Shown here in pieces: positions 38,101-50,400 of a DNA stretch of 64,000 nt. The stretch lies in assembly GCF_000315625.1 (NCBI RefSeq), contig NW_005434520.1, positions 63,489 through 127,488 on the forward strand, written 5' to 3'. The position numbers were made by a program, and so were the translations under genes. The notes beneath the pieces are model-generated. The model worked only from the letters and a program-made list of their open reading frames with translations. It had not been told where the DNA came from and did not search any database. The stretch is from Guillardia theta CCMP2712 (taxonomy: Eukaryota; Protista; Cryptophyta). Numbering within the stretch: position 1 is the stretch's first letter; the number at the start of each line of letters is the position of its first letter.

Positions 38101-40431
38101 AGTCCTGATGTAAGATCCTCGGTTGCCAGAAGCATCTTTTGGCTCTTTGCATTGCGCATACCTTGCCTGCTCCAAGTCAATGTCGCACAATCATACAACC
38201 TAGTGCTTACCCAACACTTATGGTCTATAGCATTGAGGTAATCATGTGCCACTGGGTTGTGCTCTTTCAGGTTTGCCATAGCATCTTCGAATCGGCGCAA
38301 AGTCACTGCAGACTAAGACGTGTGAACGACTCGGACAAGTGATCGGTTTGTCAACTGACCTGTGCTTGCCAGAAGAATGGTTGAGTGGCAGGACAAGTGC
38401 CTTTCCCATTGGTGGTGAGGCAAGGAGCACGGTGTTCTGTGAAGATATGTGACCAATATCTATTGAAATCCATCACGATGATGATACCTTTGCAATGTTG
38501 GTTGATGTTGCAGAGCAAGTGGAAGCAACAGAAGATAACATCGGCTTCAGGCATAGCACGTCGCACTCCCGCCAGGATAGCCTTCCCCCGGTCGGAGATA
38601 ATAGTCAAAGGCCCCGAGTCGCGAGACAACCATTCGTTCAATCCCGTGGCCTTCAGCTGGTCCCACATGAACGCAGTATTTTCTTCTGTCTCGTCACCAA
38701 CCACGGAGCCTTCTTCTTTCCACGAAGCAAACACACCTGTTAGCTGTGTTGGTGAAGGAAGGCAAGATGGGAAGAAGTATCAGAAGATACCTACTGCGAG
38801 AGGGATGATGGTATTAGTTCCCAACCTTGCTTCAATCACCATGATTTTGCCAGAATACCACCTATGTAGAATCATCACACCACAACATACACGGGAAACA
38901 AGAAGATTGAAGGGGGGAACCTGTGTGTGATGTGACAGAAGTCCTGTCCTAGAAAGCGCAGACCAATAGTCTTCACCAAATGGATCATGGTTCCATTCGC
39001 AAGGAATGCTCCACGAAACGAATTGCCCCTGCTGGAAGGCATGGGTGACATGACAACTCCGCGACTTCCCTTGTTCAAGGAGGTATATTCCTCCATCCAG
39101 TTCTCCAGAAGGAGATAGGATTCTCGATATTCGTCCCAAGATCCACTTTCAACCTGTGATCGAGCTTTGAATATAGTTGCAAGACTAGCATCTACACCCA
39201 ATTCAGACTTGATCGCAACTTGCAACTCCTTAGCGGTCATACGGGTTTGATGCAAACCACCGCCATCTCCAATCGAAGTGGATAGCAAGGAACGAAAGTA
39301 TTCGTTGTTCACCAAGAATCGTATAGTACCCGTTCCCACTGAAGTACACATGGGTTTGCAATGTCGAGTAATGCTATTCTCGACATCTATATACCAGTAA
39401 CTCTTATATCTCTGAGCAAGGCTCACAGATTTTTTGGCTACCAACCGGTACCTGTCCACCCACATTTACAGGAGATACGTGTTCTCACCGAAAGGTTACC
39501 TGCATCCTTCACACGTACACAGGATCAGATATGATTTAAATCCTGAGGGAGCTCGTTGAACACGAACACCCTTGTTCCCATTAAGAAAGTTGATTTCTTG
39601 TACATAAGACGTACACTGTTTACGTTTGAGGAAATGTTTGCCTTGAAGCTTGGAAGCATGACATACGGCGGGGACAATGGCGGATGGAGTTGCGTATAGC
39701 ATTGCGTCGACAGGGGACTGAAGGGGCGGGGCAGGGGCTGGTGATATGGAATGCATCGCAGAAGAACCATACTTGTTCCCGGACTGCACAGGACGAAGAG
39801 AGCCTTGCTGAAAATCATCGTCTGACATATCCTCTGTATCAAGAGAACTGCCTATGTCATTACAATCAGGTGGGCCAGCCTTACTATCAAAAGGCATATG
39901 CTGTGATGTATCATCATCACCTACTTGAAGACCTGCCAGTACTGTTGTGTGACTAACATTGACCGTGGCGGGAGAAGTAGGCATAGATTGGTCTGCCAGT
40001 TCATGATAAAGACGACTAGCCGCTTCCACGAGGTTCCCGTCAAGCCTCCATCCCACGAGTTGATGTCCCTTCGAGATAACTTGACCTATACGAAGGTTGG
40101 AGGAAAGCCCCAGCTGAGAACGTATGGTTTCAACATGGTGCATGAACGATGTGGGATGCAGAGCTGCCATGGCGCGGCGTCCGCGGCGTGCTGGAATGGC
40201 CAGATTTGTTGGCGGGAAAGTAGTACCAAGTTGGAGAGTTTGTACGGGGTCGTACTACGGTACCTTAGCAATAATTGTTTGTAAAGGGCAAATGTAACTT
40301 AAATTAGTACCGAGTTTGCTATTTTCATACTGTTTAAAATAATCCAAGAAGCGTTACTATCCAAACAATTTGTACTATTTATCCAATTGTCCTATATCCA
40401 TGATTTTGGACGCGTTTCTGTCGAATACCCC
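35197..40431 (-). mobile_element. Mutator-like element (MULE), full length, 9-bp TSD
   Basis: TIRs GGGGTATTCGACAGAAACGCG(C/T)CC(G/A)AAATC at both ends. TSD cggagacaa at 35188-35196 and 40432-40440. Internal ~70-bp subterminal repeats at ~35515-35715. Confidence 0.95.
36074..40170 (-). CDS. MULE DDE transposase with SWIM, CCHC knuckle and Ulp1/C48 SUMO-type protease (spliced)
   Basis: 'LGQDFCH', 'IISDRGKAIL...FCCFHL', 'NNTESEN', SWIM 'CRPCWQWEQTGRACKH', knuckle 'CGYCGEVGHNVRTC'. Ulp1 motifs 'WVRDEAINAFL', 'STFFFTKL', 'ILIPVN', 'VHWSLMVV' and 'PRQTDSMSCGIF'. Confidence 0.85.
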
Positions 40432-40854
40432 CGGAGACAACCTACCTCTGAGAGGGAAAGCACTACCCCCTCTAGGCTACGAGTACCACCCCTGTATCAT
40501 CTTTTCATAGAGAGCTGCCGCAAGCACCGGTACCTGATGCTAGTGGTAGTGTATGAAAAACTTCGATACAACCGTTGTATTATGCGGAGACTACCTACCT
40601 CTGAGAGGGAAAGCACCGTAGTACCCCCTCTAGGCTACGAGTACCACCCCTGTATCATCTTTTCATAGAGAGCTGCCGCAAGCACCGGTACCTGATGCTA
40701 GTGGTGGTGTGTGAAAAACTTCGATACAACCGTTATATAATGCGGAGACTACCTACCTCTGAGAGGGAAAGCACTACCCCCTCTAGGCTGCGAGTACCAC
40801 CCCTGTATCATCTTTTCATAGAGAGCTGCCGCAAGCACCGGTACCTGATGCTAG
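40432..40854. repeat. ~150-bp satellite, block 3 (right of MULE)
   Basis: Continues the unit interrupted at 35196. Confidence 0.9.
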
Positions 40855-41169
40855 CAACTTGGCAACACAAGATGTGCACACTGTGACATAGTAGACACAC
40901 TGGCAGGGCCATGGCACTTTCGAATGCTGGTCCGATCATCTCTCTTCGTCTATGGCATGATGAGCATGTTTTCAGTTCTTCGCCGCTGGAAGCCTCGGTG
41001 GGGCACAACATAGCTTTGCCCGCCAAAAAATTGATTTGAATTTTCTCGTGACATTCCGGCTGCCATGGCATGCAGCCCCCCCTAAATTCCCCGCCATAGC
41101 GCCCCGAACGCACTCAGTGCTGCATGGAGGCACGATGCCATGATGCCAATGATGATGCTGAGGCGGGGG

Positions 41170-41430
41170 GGTATTGCTCGTGGAGGCCCTTCCTTAAGCA
41201 GCTCAACGTCTACCTTGCTCGCTTCAAGGACTGGAAAGTCCCGGACGAGTACAAGCTCACCGAGCGCATCAATCGCCCTCTACCGCGCGGAGTCACACAT
41301 CAGCCCTGACGCCCAGGAGAGCAGATCGAGGCTCGCAGAGCTACCGTCCTCGACGAATGCGTCCGGGCTGTCTTCGCTGCCCGGCCGGATAACCAACGAG
41401 CAGCTGGCACACGAGCTGCTGCTGTGCATT
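41170..41430 (+). pseudogene. T-complex protein 11 (TCP11/Sok1)-like gene fragment
   Basis: 'YLARFKDWKVPDEYKLTERI' and, in another frame, 'ITNEQLAHELLL' resemble TCP11-family motifs. Frameshifted and short. Confidence 0.55.
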
Positions 41431-41544
41431 GATGTATTCTCGTTGACTACTTGCATGTTATTCTGACCTGCTGCAATCCTGTCTGCGTACTCTCTGAAAT
41501 GAATCATTTCAGCCTATATTTTAGCCAGTGATTCCTCATTCGCG

Positions 41545-42679
41545 CGACCAGACGGCCCTCGCGACGTTGGATACTACAGCAGGCTGTTGACTGCTACCGA
41601 GCGCAATCATGACACGACGGACAGGGAACTCGTTGCTATCAAGGATACGCTTCTTTGTTTTCGTTTATATGCAAAAAAATCCCGAAGAGGCTGCGTCGGC
41701 TTCTCAAAGGGGAGGAACCGGCTCATTCACTGGCAGAAAGCAATACATCACGTTGATAACGACATGTAGATCGTAGACTACGCTTCACCGTATTCAACGA
41801 TGTCTCCATTACTCAGCACGCACTTGCATTTCCCTTCCCCATCGACCAGCAGGACATCCAGGTTTTTCACGAACTTGCATTCTTGAAGTTTTGAGATCAC
41901 GATCGCAAGCGCTTCTGCAAGCGGCGGTTCCCCTCCAACCACATACCCTGTGTAAATCTTACCCGATACGTGCGGTCTGTGTAAAGGTTTTGAGATCTCG
42001 TGCATGAGGTTTTTAAGTTCTTTCTGAACAAAGTCTTCCTTCGCTGCGAAGCCAAAGTTTCGCAGCTTATTACAGACTTCTCTGCCATACATACTCAATG
42101 TCGTTTTGTCACGGCCTACAGTCAACAAATGCTCGTTCACAAACATCTCCAAACCTTTCGAGAGAGACAAGTCGCTCTTGTACTGTTGCATGGCGTTCTC
42201 AATCAGAGCTCGGTTGTTGGCTATGACCTTGACCCGCGATAATTCTTGGAGACTTTGCATCTCCTGTTGCAGCAATTGGCTCTTGAGATCTTTCAGCTGT
42301 GTTTCCTTTTCTGCAATGCGTATATCCTTTTCTTGAATGAATTTATCCTTTTCTGCAATGAGTTTATCCTTTTCTGCAATGAGTTTATCCTCGCGAGTCT
42401 TGAGATCTTTCAGCTGTGTTTCCTTTTCTGCAATGAGTTTATCCTTCAGGGCAATGACTTCATCCTTGTGGGCAATTATGCTTGACTGCCACGGCCACCA
42501 GCTTGCTGATCCTGTTGGGGACATGCTGAGGGGTCTTGACAGCGTGATCTGCCGTGACCTGTCCCAACCAACACTGTAGACCAGCTGCTTATCTCCTCCT
42601 AGTCTTCCTCTTCTTTTCTGCATGCTGAAACTCATTCCTCTCCCCAACATTTTCAACATATTCGAATGTTCTGCCAGAA
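41545..42679. repeat. Segmental duplication copy 2
   Basis: Near-identical to 33624-34812. Confidence 0.95.
41778..42659 (-). CDS. Unknown coiled-coil repeat protein, copy 2 (18 aa shorter)
   Basis: 293 aa. Identical to copy 1 except for one missing repeat and a T/S change (LSLTKG vs LSLSKG). Confidence 0.6.
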   Translation of the reverse strand: MLKMLGRGMSFSMQKRRGRLGGDKQLVYSVGWDRSRQITLSRPLSMSPTGSASWWPWQSSIIAHKDEVIALKDKLIAEKETQLKDLKTREDKLIAEKDKLIAEKDKFIQEKDIRIAEKETQLKDLKSQLLQQEMQSLQELSRVKVIANNRALIENAMQQYKSDLSLSKGLEMFVNEHLLTVGRDKTTLSMYGREVCNKLRNFGFAAKEDFVQKELKNLMHEISKPLHRPHVSGKIYTGYVVGGEPPLAEALAIVISKLQECKFVKNLDVLLVDGEGKCKCVLSNGDIVEYGEA

Positions 42680-42855
42680 TATAGAAAGAATAGCACGGAT
42701 TCTATATGGAGCCCTTTCTTTTACTTAAAGTTGAGTAAACTTTCTTAGTTAAGTAACGTTCACAATGCAGGAAGCACAATGAAGAGCATCGACGCCGCCC
42801 TAGAGCAAGGATGATGGTGTTCTACATCCGATCACGTCTTAGGATCATTCTAGGC

Positions 42856-43022
42856 ATAGTTGTGCATTACTTCTACACATCTTTCAATCATGATAAGGAT
42901 AGAAAACCTTTCATGTTAGAGAAGAACATGGTCTGAAAAATAGTTGCGCATTACTTCTACACATCTTTCAATCATGATAAGGATAGAAAACCTTTCATGT
43001 TAGAGAAGAACATGGTCTGAAG
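42856..43022. repeat. Two tandem copies of an ~84-bp unit
   Basis: atagttg(t/c)gcattacttctacacatctttc...catggtctga occurs twice. Confidence 0.9.
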
Positions 43023-43445
43023 AATCATACTTGTCTTGTTGAGATTCCCAAGTTGTCATTATCATGATGTCGTCCATCCCCAACTGTCTGCAATATGCAA
43101 GTCCCTTGAGCAACCATATCACGCTTGTTTCCTTTGTACACTGCACGATCATCCACACCCTAATCACAAAAGCATCCTCAAGCTCCCCTTACCCCGCACT
43201 TGTCCCATGATCCCATCCCCATGAACATTATAGAAGTGACAAGGTGTAATCGTTGTTGCATGCAGGATAGCATCCAACTTCCCAATGTGTCTGTACCTGA
43301 TCCTCTCAAACCTGCGCATACTCCTTCACCCCCATCCCCAGTTATCTGGTATTGCACTTGCATGTTTGTAGACATCTCCGACAGGTACTATGCTCTTCTG
43401 TATTGCACATTAATGTATTACACTAGTAACTACACCAAAACATCT

Positions 43446-44400
43446 CTACATCCTTCGCCCTCGCCCGCTCTTCCTAAGCAGAAGTAAATTCCTGTGATAT
43501 GTCAAGCGAGGGAAGATCCCCCTCCCACCCCAAACAAAATCATACTCACCCAGTGCTAGCAGAGGACATACTTCAGGTGAACACACGTTGCTGTAGACAT
43601 ATTTTGGATCCCGCGGTTTCTCACCAGCCTGATCATTTTTTGCGTAAATTACGTAGAAGCGCAAGGCATCCCCGACGAATTCCATGTGATTGTACAACAG
43701 TGTGCATACGTTTCTGGATCTGGACATCAAATTCCAAGCCAGAATCAAAAAAGGTCCTGGCCCAAACATATTCTCTTTCTGGTTTCTGTAGCATAACCTT
43801 GGCGAACACTGAGTACAAATCGTATGACAATGGTACATTGCCGGTTGTCACTTTTGCATCTTGATTGCAAGATTGAGAAAGATTCAACGTTCGCTTCAAT
43901 CCTCTGAAGTCACTGCTCAATGTTTTCACCGCCTCGATGCTTCAATCCTCTGAAGTCACTGCTCAATGTTTTCACCGCCTCGATGCTCAGTGTAACCCCG
44001 TAATTCTTGAGCATGTGCATCTTGTACGACGAGCATGTTTGGAATGTTAGTTCTGGATTTTGTTGAACTTTATGGGTCACCCAGTCAAGAAACATCACTG
44101 GCGTGAATTTTTCAAAGTGGATGGGATTAATTTGCTTCTGTAACATTATACTCTCTTCATGTAAGTTGTAGTTGGTAAACTCTCGTCCGTCGTCGCCGGC
44201 TCTGTCACCTGATCTGATCCGTTCAAGAATTTGTCATGTTCTTCACGCATGTTCGTTTTGAATTCATCAGTTATGAGAGCATAATACTCGTCATTCGCGT
44301 ACAACCATTCTATGAAGCGTATCATGTAGTTCATATACATCTCTCTGAGAAGATACATTGTTCTGCTGAATGCGTGTACGTCTTTCCTCGAATTCTCTCC
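43446..44400 (-). pseudogene. Degraded Crypton-like tyrosine recombinase transposon gene
   Basis: 'FLILAWNLMSRSRNV...HMEFVGDALRFYVIYAKNDQAGEKPRDPKYVYSNVCSPEVCPLLALGEY' resembles protist (CryptonS-type) tyrosine recombinases. Frameshifts, a 46-bp duplication (~43895-43988) and C-terminal truncation. Confidence 0.65.
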
Positions 44401-44754
44401 GCTGTTGCACACATAACACAGCAGCTGTGGATTGAGGACGCTTGCGACCTCGCCGTGCCCTAGGCTGCACCGGCGATTGATCCAATGGGGCTTGGGGGGT
44501 ATTACGTCCTTCAGCGGCACCAAGCTTTTAACTACGGAAGCATAGGTCTGTCTGGCGCAGAGGGAAGTGTCTTACGCAGTGCTGAAGTGGAAGTGACGGC
44601 GGAAGAGGATCGGGGGGGACTCCGGGGATGAGGAGGAGGTAATGGAAGAGGTTCATGACAGTGATTCAACGGGGCCAGAGGTAGGAGGGGAACAGGCTAT
44701 TCCAGCTTTTGCTGTGGAAGGAGACGAAAACGTCTTGCAACCTGACCTTCTATC

Positions 44755-46335
44755 TTAGGGTTTAGGGTTTTGTAAGAGGGCTATTGTCCCCGGTTTCATC
44801 TTGCTTTCAATCATTTCCCAACTGATGGTGGTCTGCATTTTTTCCGCTATCCAGATTGCGAGTCTTTCCGGTCCTCTCATCTCTTCGTTCTCTTTGAGTC
44901 TGCCCGATCTGATTTCTCGTTGTAACTGGTTTATTGTTTGACACCCCCATTGGTTGCACCATGATGTTAGTTTGTGGATCAGACTGCTTTTGATATCATC
45001 ATCCACCCTGCATTTCTTATTCGTTTCTTTCTCTAGATACCGAATCGCCGCCCTTCCCAAGATGGGTGCTGGATGGGGGAGTTGGAGGCCTCCTCTGTCC
45101 CAAGGTAGGTGAAAGATAGCGTTGCTTGTACTCTTGCTCAATCCCATAGCTCTTTTGAATGCTCTGGTCCAGAGGGTATCTAAGGTTTGTAAGTCTGACC
45201 AAGACCAGCTCACCAGTACCGCCGAGTATCTAAAGATATTGACGATGCCTACCTTCACCAGGTAATATTTTTGGGCTGCAGAGTAAGCAGATGATTCAAT
45301 CAGCTTTGTCAGTTCTTTTGTCTTCTCCAAGATGTGTTCTTTCTCTCCCCACGTGAAGGGGCAGGTGTGCGCCTTGTTGCCTCTTCCTCCTGGTCTCCAC
45401 AAGCTGATCCGGATCCCTAGATATTTGAACCATTTTGTCGGTGGTAGGTTCACAAACTCCTTGTCAAAGAACTTGATGTTTTGTGTTCCTTGGATCTCCC
45501 TCTTTAGCCGATAATCAAAGCTGGTGATTTCAGATTTCTTCGTGTTCAGTTCTAATCCACTCCATCGACAGAATCGTTCTACCACTTGAACAAGCGTTTT
45601 CATCTCTCTCACTGAATGTGCTATCAGGACAAGGTCGTCTGCAAATGACAGATTATTAGGGTGTTGAGTTGCTTTCTCGTCTTGTTGTTGATCAAGTTGT
45701 CTGGACAAGATGCTGAGCAGAAGATTTGTTTTTGGTGGACTCGCGGGGCTGCCTTGAGGTAATCCCCGGAGGAGCGGGATTGCTGCTGTATCAAACCTCT
45801 CAGTCTGGATTTGCAGAGCTATGCCTTGACTGCAGCTGACTGCGACGTCGACATCGCGCTGGTGGAATCCATATACCTCCATGATTTTTGCGATGGATTC
45901 AACCGCGACGTTATTGAAGAAGTTGGCAAAGTCGAGGTATAACAGTATAATGTTGTTTTGACTGCTCTGGGCCTCCTCGATGATGTTAAGTAGTCTATGA
46001 CCTTGACGGATCGTCCCGCCCTCGGGTCGGAAACCCTCTTGGTTATCTGTTAACAGCTTGTGCCTCTCAGCTGCTTTTGCCAGTCTGTGTGCTATCACCG
46101 CTTGGAAGATTCGCGTCACCGACGAGAGGATACATATAGGACGCATATTTTCCAGAACATGACAGAGCTCGTTTTTTGGAAGGAGTCTGACTCGTGCTAG
46201 CATGTTCAACAACGTTTTGTCTCCTGTCAACGCTCTACTGATCACTTTTCCTATCTCCTCCTTTGCGCTGTCAGGTAAAGCTTTCAGGATCTCGTTTGAG
46301 ATCAAATCCATGCCTGCTGCCTTGCGATTTGATAC
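44755..46335 (-). mobile_element. Non-LTR retrotransposon reverse transcriptase segment (inverted relative to the element's 3' part)
   Basis: 'RPICILSS', 'QEGFR', 'LYLDFANFFN', 'GLPQGSPASP', 'FADD', 'GLELNTKKS', 'KYLGI' and 'LPWDRGGL'. Confidence 0.92.
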
Positions 46336-46879
46336 TTTTTGAATCCAAATCTAAATTTCTCCTGGCTCCAGGGGAAAAGCAATTTCTATTTCCCTGGTCG
46401 GGTGTTGATCAATGTTCGCGGGAGAGTTGAATTCCGGTGGCTCAAAATTACCCGGGTGCAAGCCTTCGTATTCGTTTCCTCTCTCCCTTGGTCCGGTCTG
46501 GCTAGTTTCTTGTGTGGCTGAAGTTCATGTGGGCTAGCCTCCCTTTTTCCTTTCCTTCTCTTGTTTGGGGGCTTCCCCTCCTCCCTGGCTGGCCTTCTTC
46601 TCTTCCCTGTTCCTGCCTGCTCAAGTCCGAGTTTTGCCCAGATGACATTCGCCGCTTGTAGATATTGTGCGAGGATTTCTTCTGCTTGTTCCCTTTGCTT
46701 TGGGAATGGCCAGAGTCGGATGGGCAGGTGCAGGGAGATGCCCTCGGTATCTGGGACGGGTAAAATACTTGTCATGGAGTGGAAGCCTACTTGGGGCAGT
46801 AGTCTCCATGCCTTTGCAAAACTCTCCCAGCCTTGCCGAGCAGGAGATGTAGGTAGGGAGTTTTCTCCGGACGGCAGGT

Positions 46880-47130
46880 AGCCAGACAACAGACAATGGT
46901 GGCAAGGATTCGAGCGGGAGACCTCACCTTGACAGAGAAATTCATGCTCGAAATGCATGTGTGAAGAGATTTACTAGGGAGAGCGTTCAGATTATGCGAA
47001 GGGTCAGTTACGCGAACAGCTATCCAAGCGATCACCTTCTCAGCACCGACGAGGAAGAAGCTCTTTCAATGGGGGAAGACTAACTCACCATGTTGTCCTC
47101 ACTGTCCAGACCGAGAAGAAACCTGGGGAC
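46880..47130 (+). mobile_element. Non-LTR element 3' part, left of the LTR insertion (start of CCHC knuckle)
   Basis: Translates 'TAIQAITFSAPTRKKLFQWGKTNSPCCPHCPDREETWG'. It continues in frame after the LTR element as 'HVQLACRQFQDMIQKAHNEV'. Confidence 0.85.
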
Positions 47131-47358
47131 TGTTAGGAAAACTTCCTAAAAGTATCTCTCGATCCAGTGTTGACACACGAAGTGATCCCGTCAAGAAACC
47201 AAAGAACAAGCGCGCGACAGCAATGCACAATTCAACGGCAATTTACTCCAAATCAACGTTAGAGATAAAGAAAAGTAAGTAATCTAATTTCCTAAGAAAC
47301 GAGACTGCCTAGGACACCTACTTAAGAAAGACAGGAAGTCAGTAAACATATCCTATCA
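47131..47358 (-). repeat. 3' LTR
   Basis: tgttagg...cctatca. Preceded on the minus strand by the purine-rich agggagcgaaa (PPT-like). Confidence 0.97.
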
Positions 47359-47426
47359 TTTCGCTCCCTAGCGCTGATAGATGAGAACACACTTCTCAGC
47401 TCCAACTTCGCTGCAAACACCAAGAA

Positions 47427-50400
47427 TCATTTAGCATTCACAAGATTGAAATCACGAATCATTTTCCTCAACTCTGGAGTGCGAAATTCACGCGTAGACA
47501 ACCAAGAATCATCCGACGACTTGTCATATCCTTTCCAACGAACCAGGTACTGCACACGATTACCTTTCCCACGACGAGCCAAAATACGATCGACTTCAAA
47601 ATACTGTCCATCGCGTTGAACCAAAGGCAACGGTGGTGGTTCAATTTCATCCAGAGAAACATCTCGAAAATAGTAAGGACGAAGTTTCGCCACGTTGAAA
47701 ACTGTTTTCTTCATGTGTTGAAAACGCGGTGTGAACTCCAAGCGCACAGAGTTATCCGAAACTTTCTCTTGTATCTTGAAAGGTCCAATGAAATCGGAAT
47801 TTTCATCTTGCCCATGGACTCATGCAACTTCAAATCGCGCGTCGACAACATAACGAAGTCGCCAACATTGAATTGCAGATCCTTCCGAGATCGCTTCATA
47901 GTCTTCTCCTTCTGAATCGCTGACAACGTTAACGCATCGCGAGCCAAGTCGACGGCTGCCATGATCTTGTCACGTACTTCCTCCACGTCCTCAGCACGAT
48001 CGTCAGGAGTCAAGTCCAAAACTGTACGAACGTCTCTGCCATAGATGATCTCAAACGGCGTAAGATTCGTCGCATCTCTAACGGTCGTATTCCAAATTGT
48101 CTCCAGATGTACGAGATAATCATCCCAAGACTTGCTATCGTGCCGCATGCAGTAGATCCGCAAGGCTTCAACTATGACACTGTTGAACTTCTCAACTCGT
48201 CCCTGCGACTGCGGATGATAAACGCTGCTATGGCGTATGTCGATTCCCATTAGAGTGAACAACTCAGTCCAAAATTCTGAAGAAAATAAACTCCCGTTGT
48301 CCGAGACCAACGTTTTGCAAATCCCTTGAGCACGATAAACCGTCTCGAAATACGCACGAGCTGCTCCTTTCGATGTGATCGTCTTCTTACACGGATACAA
48401 GAACACCCTGTTGGAAAACTGATCGAGGAACACCAAGACACTGTCGTTTCCCCGCTTCGAGGTGGGCAGCGCTGTGAGCAAATCCACTGAAACCTTCTCG
48501 AAACGCTCACGCGGAACCAAATGACTGTGCGGTTCGCCAGCCGCTCGTTGCTTGTAACTCTTGCCTTGCAAACACTCCGCACACGAGTTGACATAGTTCG
48601 CGACCGTACGTCCTTACTCATGGTCGGCCAGAAGGCAATTTGCGACGCCTTCAAGAAAGTCTTCGTCTTCCCTACATGGCAAGAATCGTCATGAATCAGG
48701 CGCAAGAACTTCGCTCGAGAATGATAAGGAATACACACACGTTCCCGACCAAGCGAGTCCTTCCAAAACAAGACTCCGTCTCGCAGAAAATAAGTTCGAC
48801 GCTGCATTGGGACTAGGTTTCCCTGTTGAATGTCCTGGAGAACCTGCGCGAAATATCTGTCCTGCTGATAATTTTTGACGACATCAGCTGTAAATGCGTT
48901 GTCTGTTGCTAGAGCGTAGCAGTGCGTAACAACCTCTGCATCACTGTCAGTCACCTCCATCACCTCCCCCTCCCCAGAGGACGAGATGGTACAAAGCAAG
49001 GTAGGATCCAAGTTGACCAAATCAGCACGCTGTCGAATCTCATCGTCTAACGCACTCTGTGACGGCACAACCGTAGAATCGTTCGGACGAGATAGGTAGT
49101 CAGCGATGACATTCTCTTCTCCAGGGATGTAGGAGATTTCATCCAAATCGAAATCAGCAAGAATTTGACTCCATCGAAACAATCGACCCGTGAGGTTGCT
49201 CTGCGTGAGAAGATACTTGAGACTCTTGTGATCTGTACGAACCAACACCCTGCGTCCGTACAAGTAAAACTTGAAATGAACCAATGCTGAAATCAATCCC
49301 AGAAGCTCTTTCTCGCGCACAGAATAATTTACCTCGGCACTGTTGAGACGCTTGCTGAAGAAGGCGACAGGCAACAGATCTTCGCCATGCTGTTGTGTCA
49401 AGACAGCACCAATGGCGTAGTCGCTCGCATCGACCAACACGCAAGTAGCTAACGCTGGGTTGAAGTACCTTAAAACAGGGGCTGATATCAAACGCTTCTT
49501 CAGCTCCTGAAAGGCCGCTTCTTGCGCGTCATCCCAACAAAACTTCACATTCTTGCGTAGGAGATTCGTTAGCGGAAGTGCTAACGCTGCGTAATCCGGC
49601 ACATACTTCCTGTAAAAGTTCAACACTCCCAAAAACGACTTGAGTTCCTTCACTGTTTGAGGTGCCGTACGATCCACAATCGCTTGTACCTTTTTCTCTT
49701 GTGTCGAGACGCCTGCCTCGCTGATGTGGAAACCGAGGAAATCAATTTCAGAGTGAAACAGCTTACATTTCGACTTCTTGACAAACAACTGCTCTTTACG
49801 AAATCGATCCAGAGCCTGTCGAAGCAAACGCTCATGTCTCTCCAAGCTCCCATAACTGATCAAGCAAACATCGTCGATATAGCTCAGGCAATTCTCGAGA
49901 CCTTGAAGAACACTCTCGAGAAATTTCTGAAATTGATTTGCCGAATCTACCAAGCCGAAAGGAATCCTCCGATACTGATATTTCCCAAACTTCGTGATGA
50001 AACAGGTGTACTTCCTCGACGCGGCGTCCAACTCAAGTTGCCAAAAACTTTTCGCCAGGTCGAGTGAGCTGATCCACAACCGTGCCCCAGGTTCTGAAGC
50101 ATAACGCGCTCTCTCTTCCATGATCTTTCGACCCACTCGTTCTATCAGCTCCATCACCAACGGCAATGGAAAGTTATCATTCCGGATCAAGCTGTTAACG
50201 AACCTCATATCAGTGCAAAAACGCAATGTACCATCAGACTTTTTTGTGAAGATTACGGGAGACGTAAACTCAGACGTCGAAGGTTCAATGATCCCACGCT
50301 CCAACAAGAAGGCAAGATTCGCTTTCAACTCCTCCTCCAACGCGAGTGGCACAGGGTAAGGTTTCTTTTGCACCGCCTCAACGTTATCCTTGAGTCGAAT

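Noticed and set aside
33244-40854. ~150-bp repeats as a CRISPR array
   Set aside because: The units are contiguous with no unique spacers, there are no cas genes, and the context is eukaryotic. It is a satellite.
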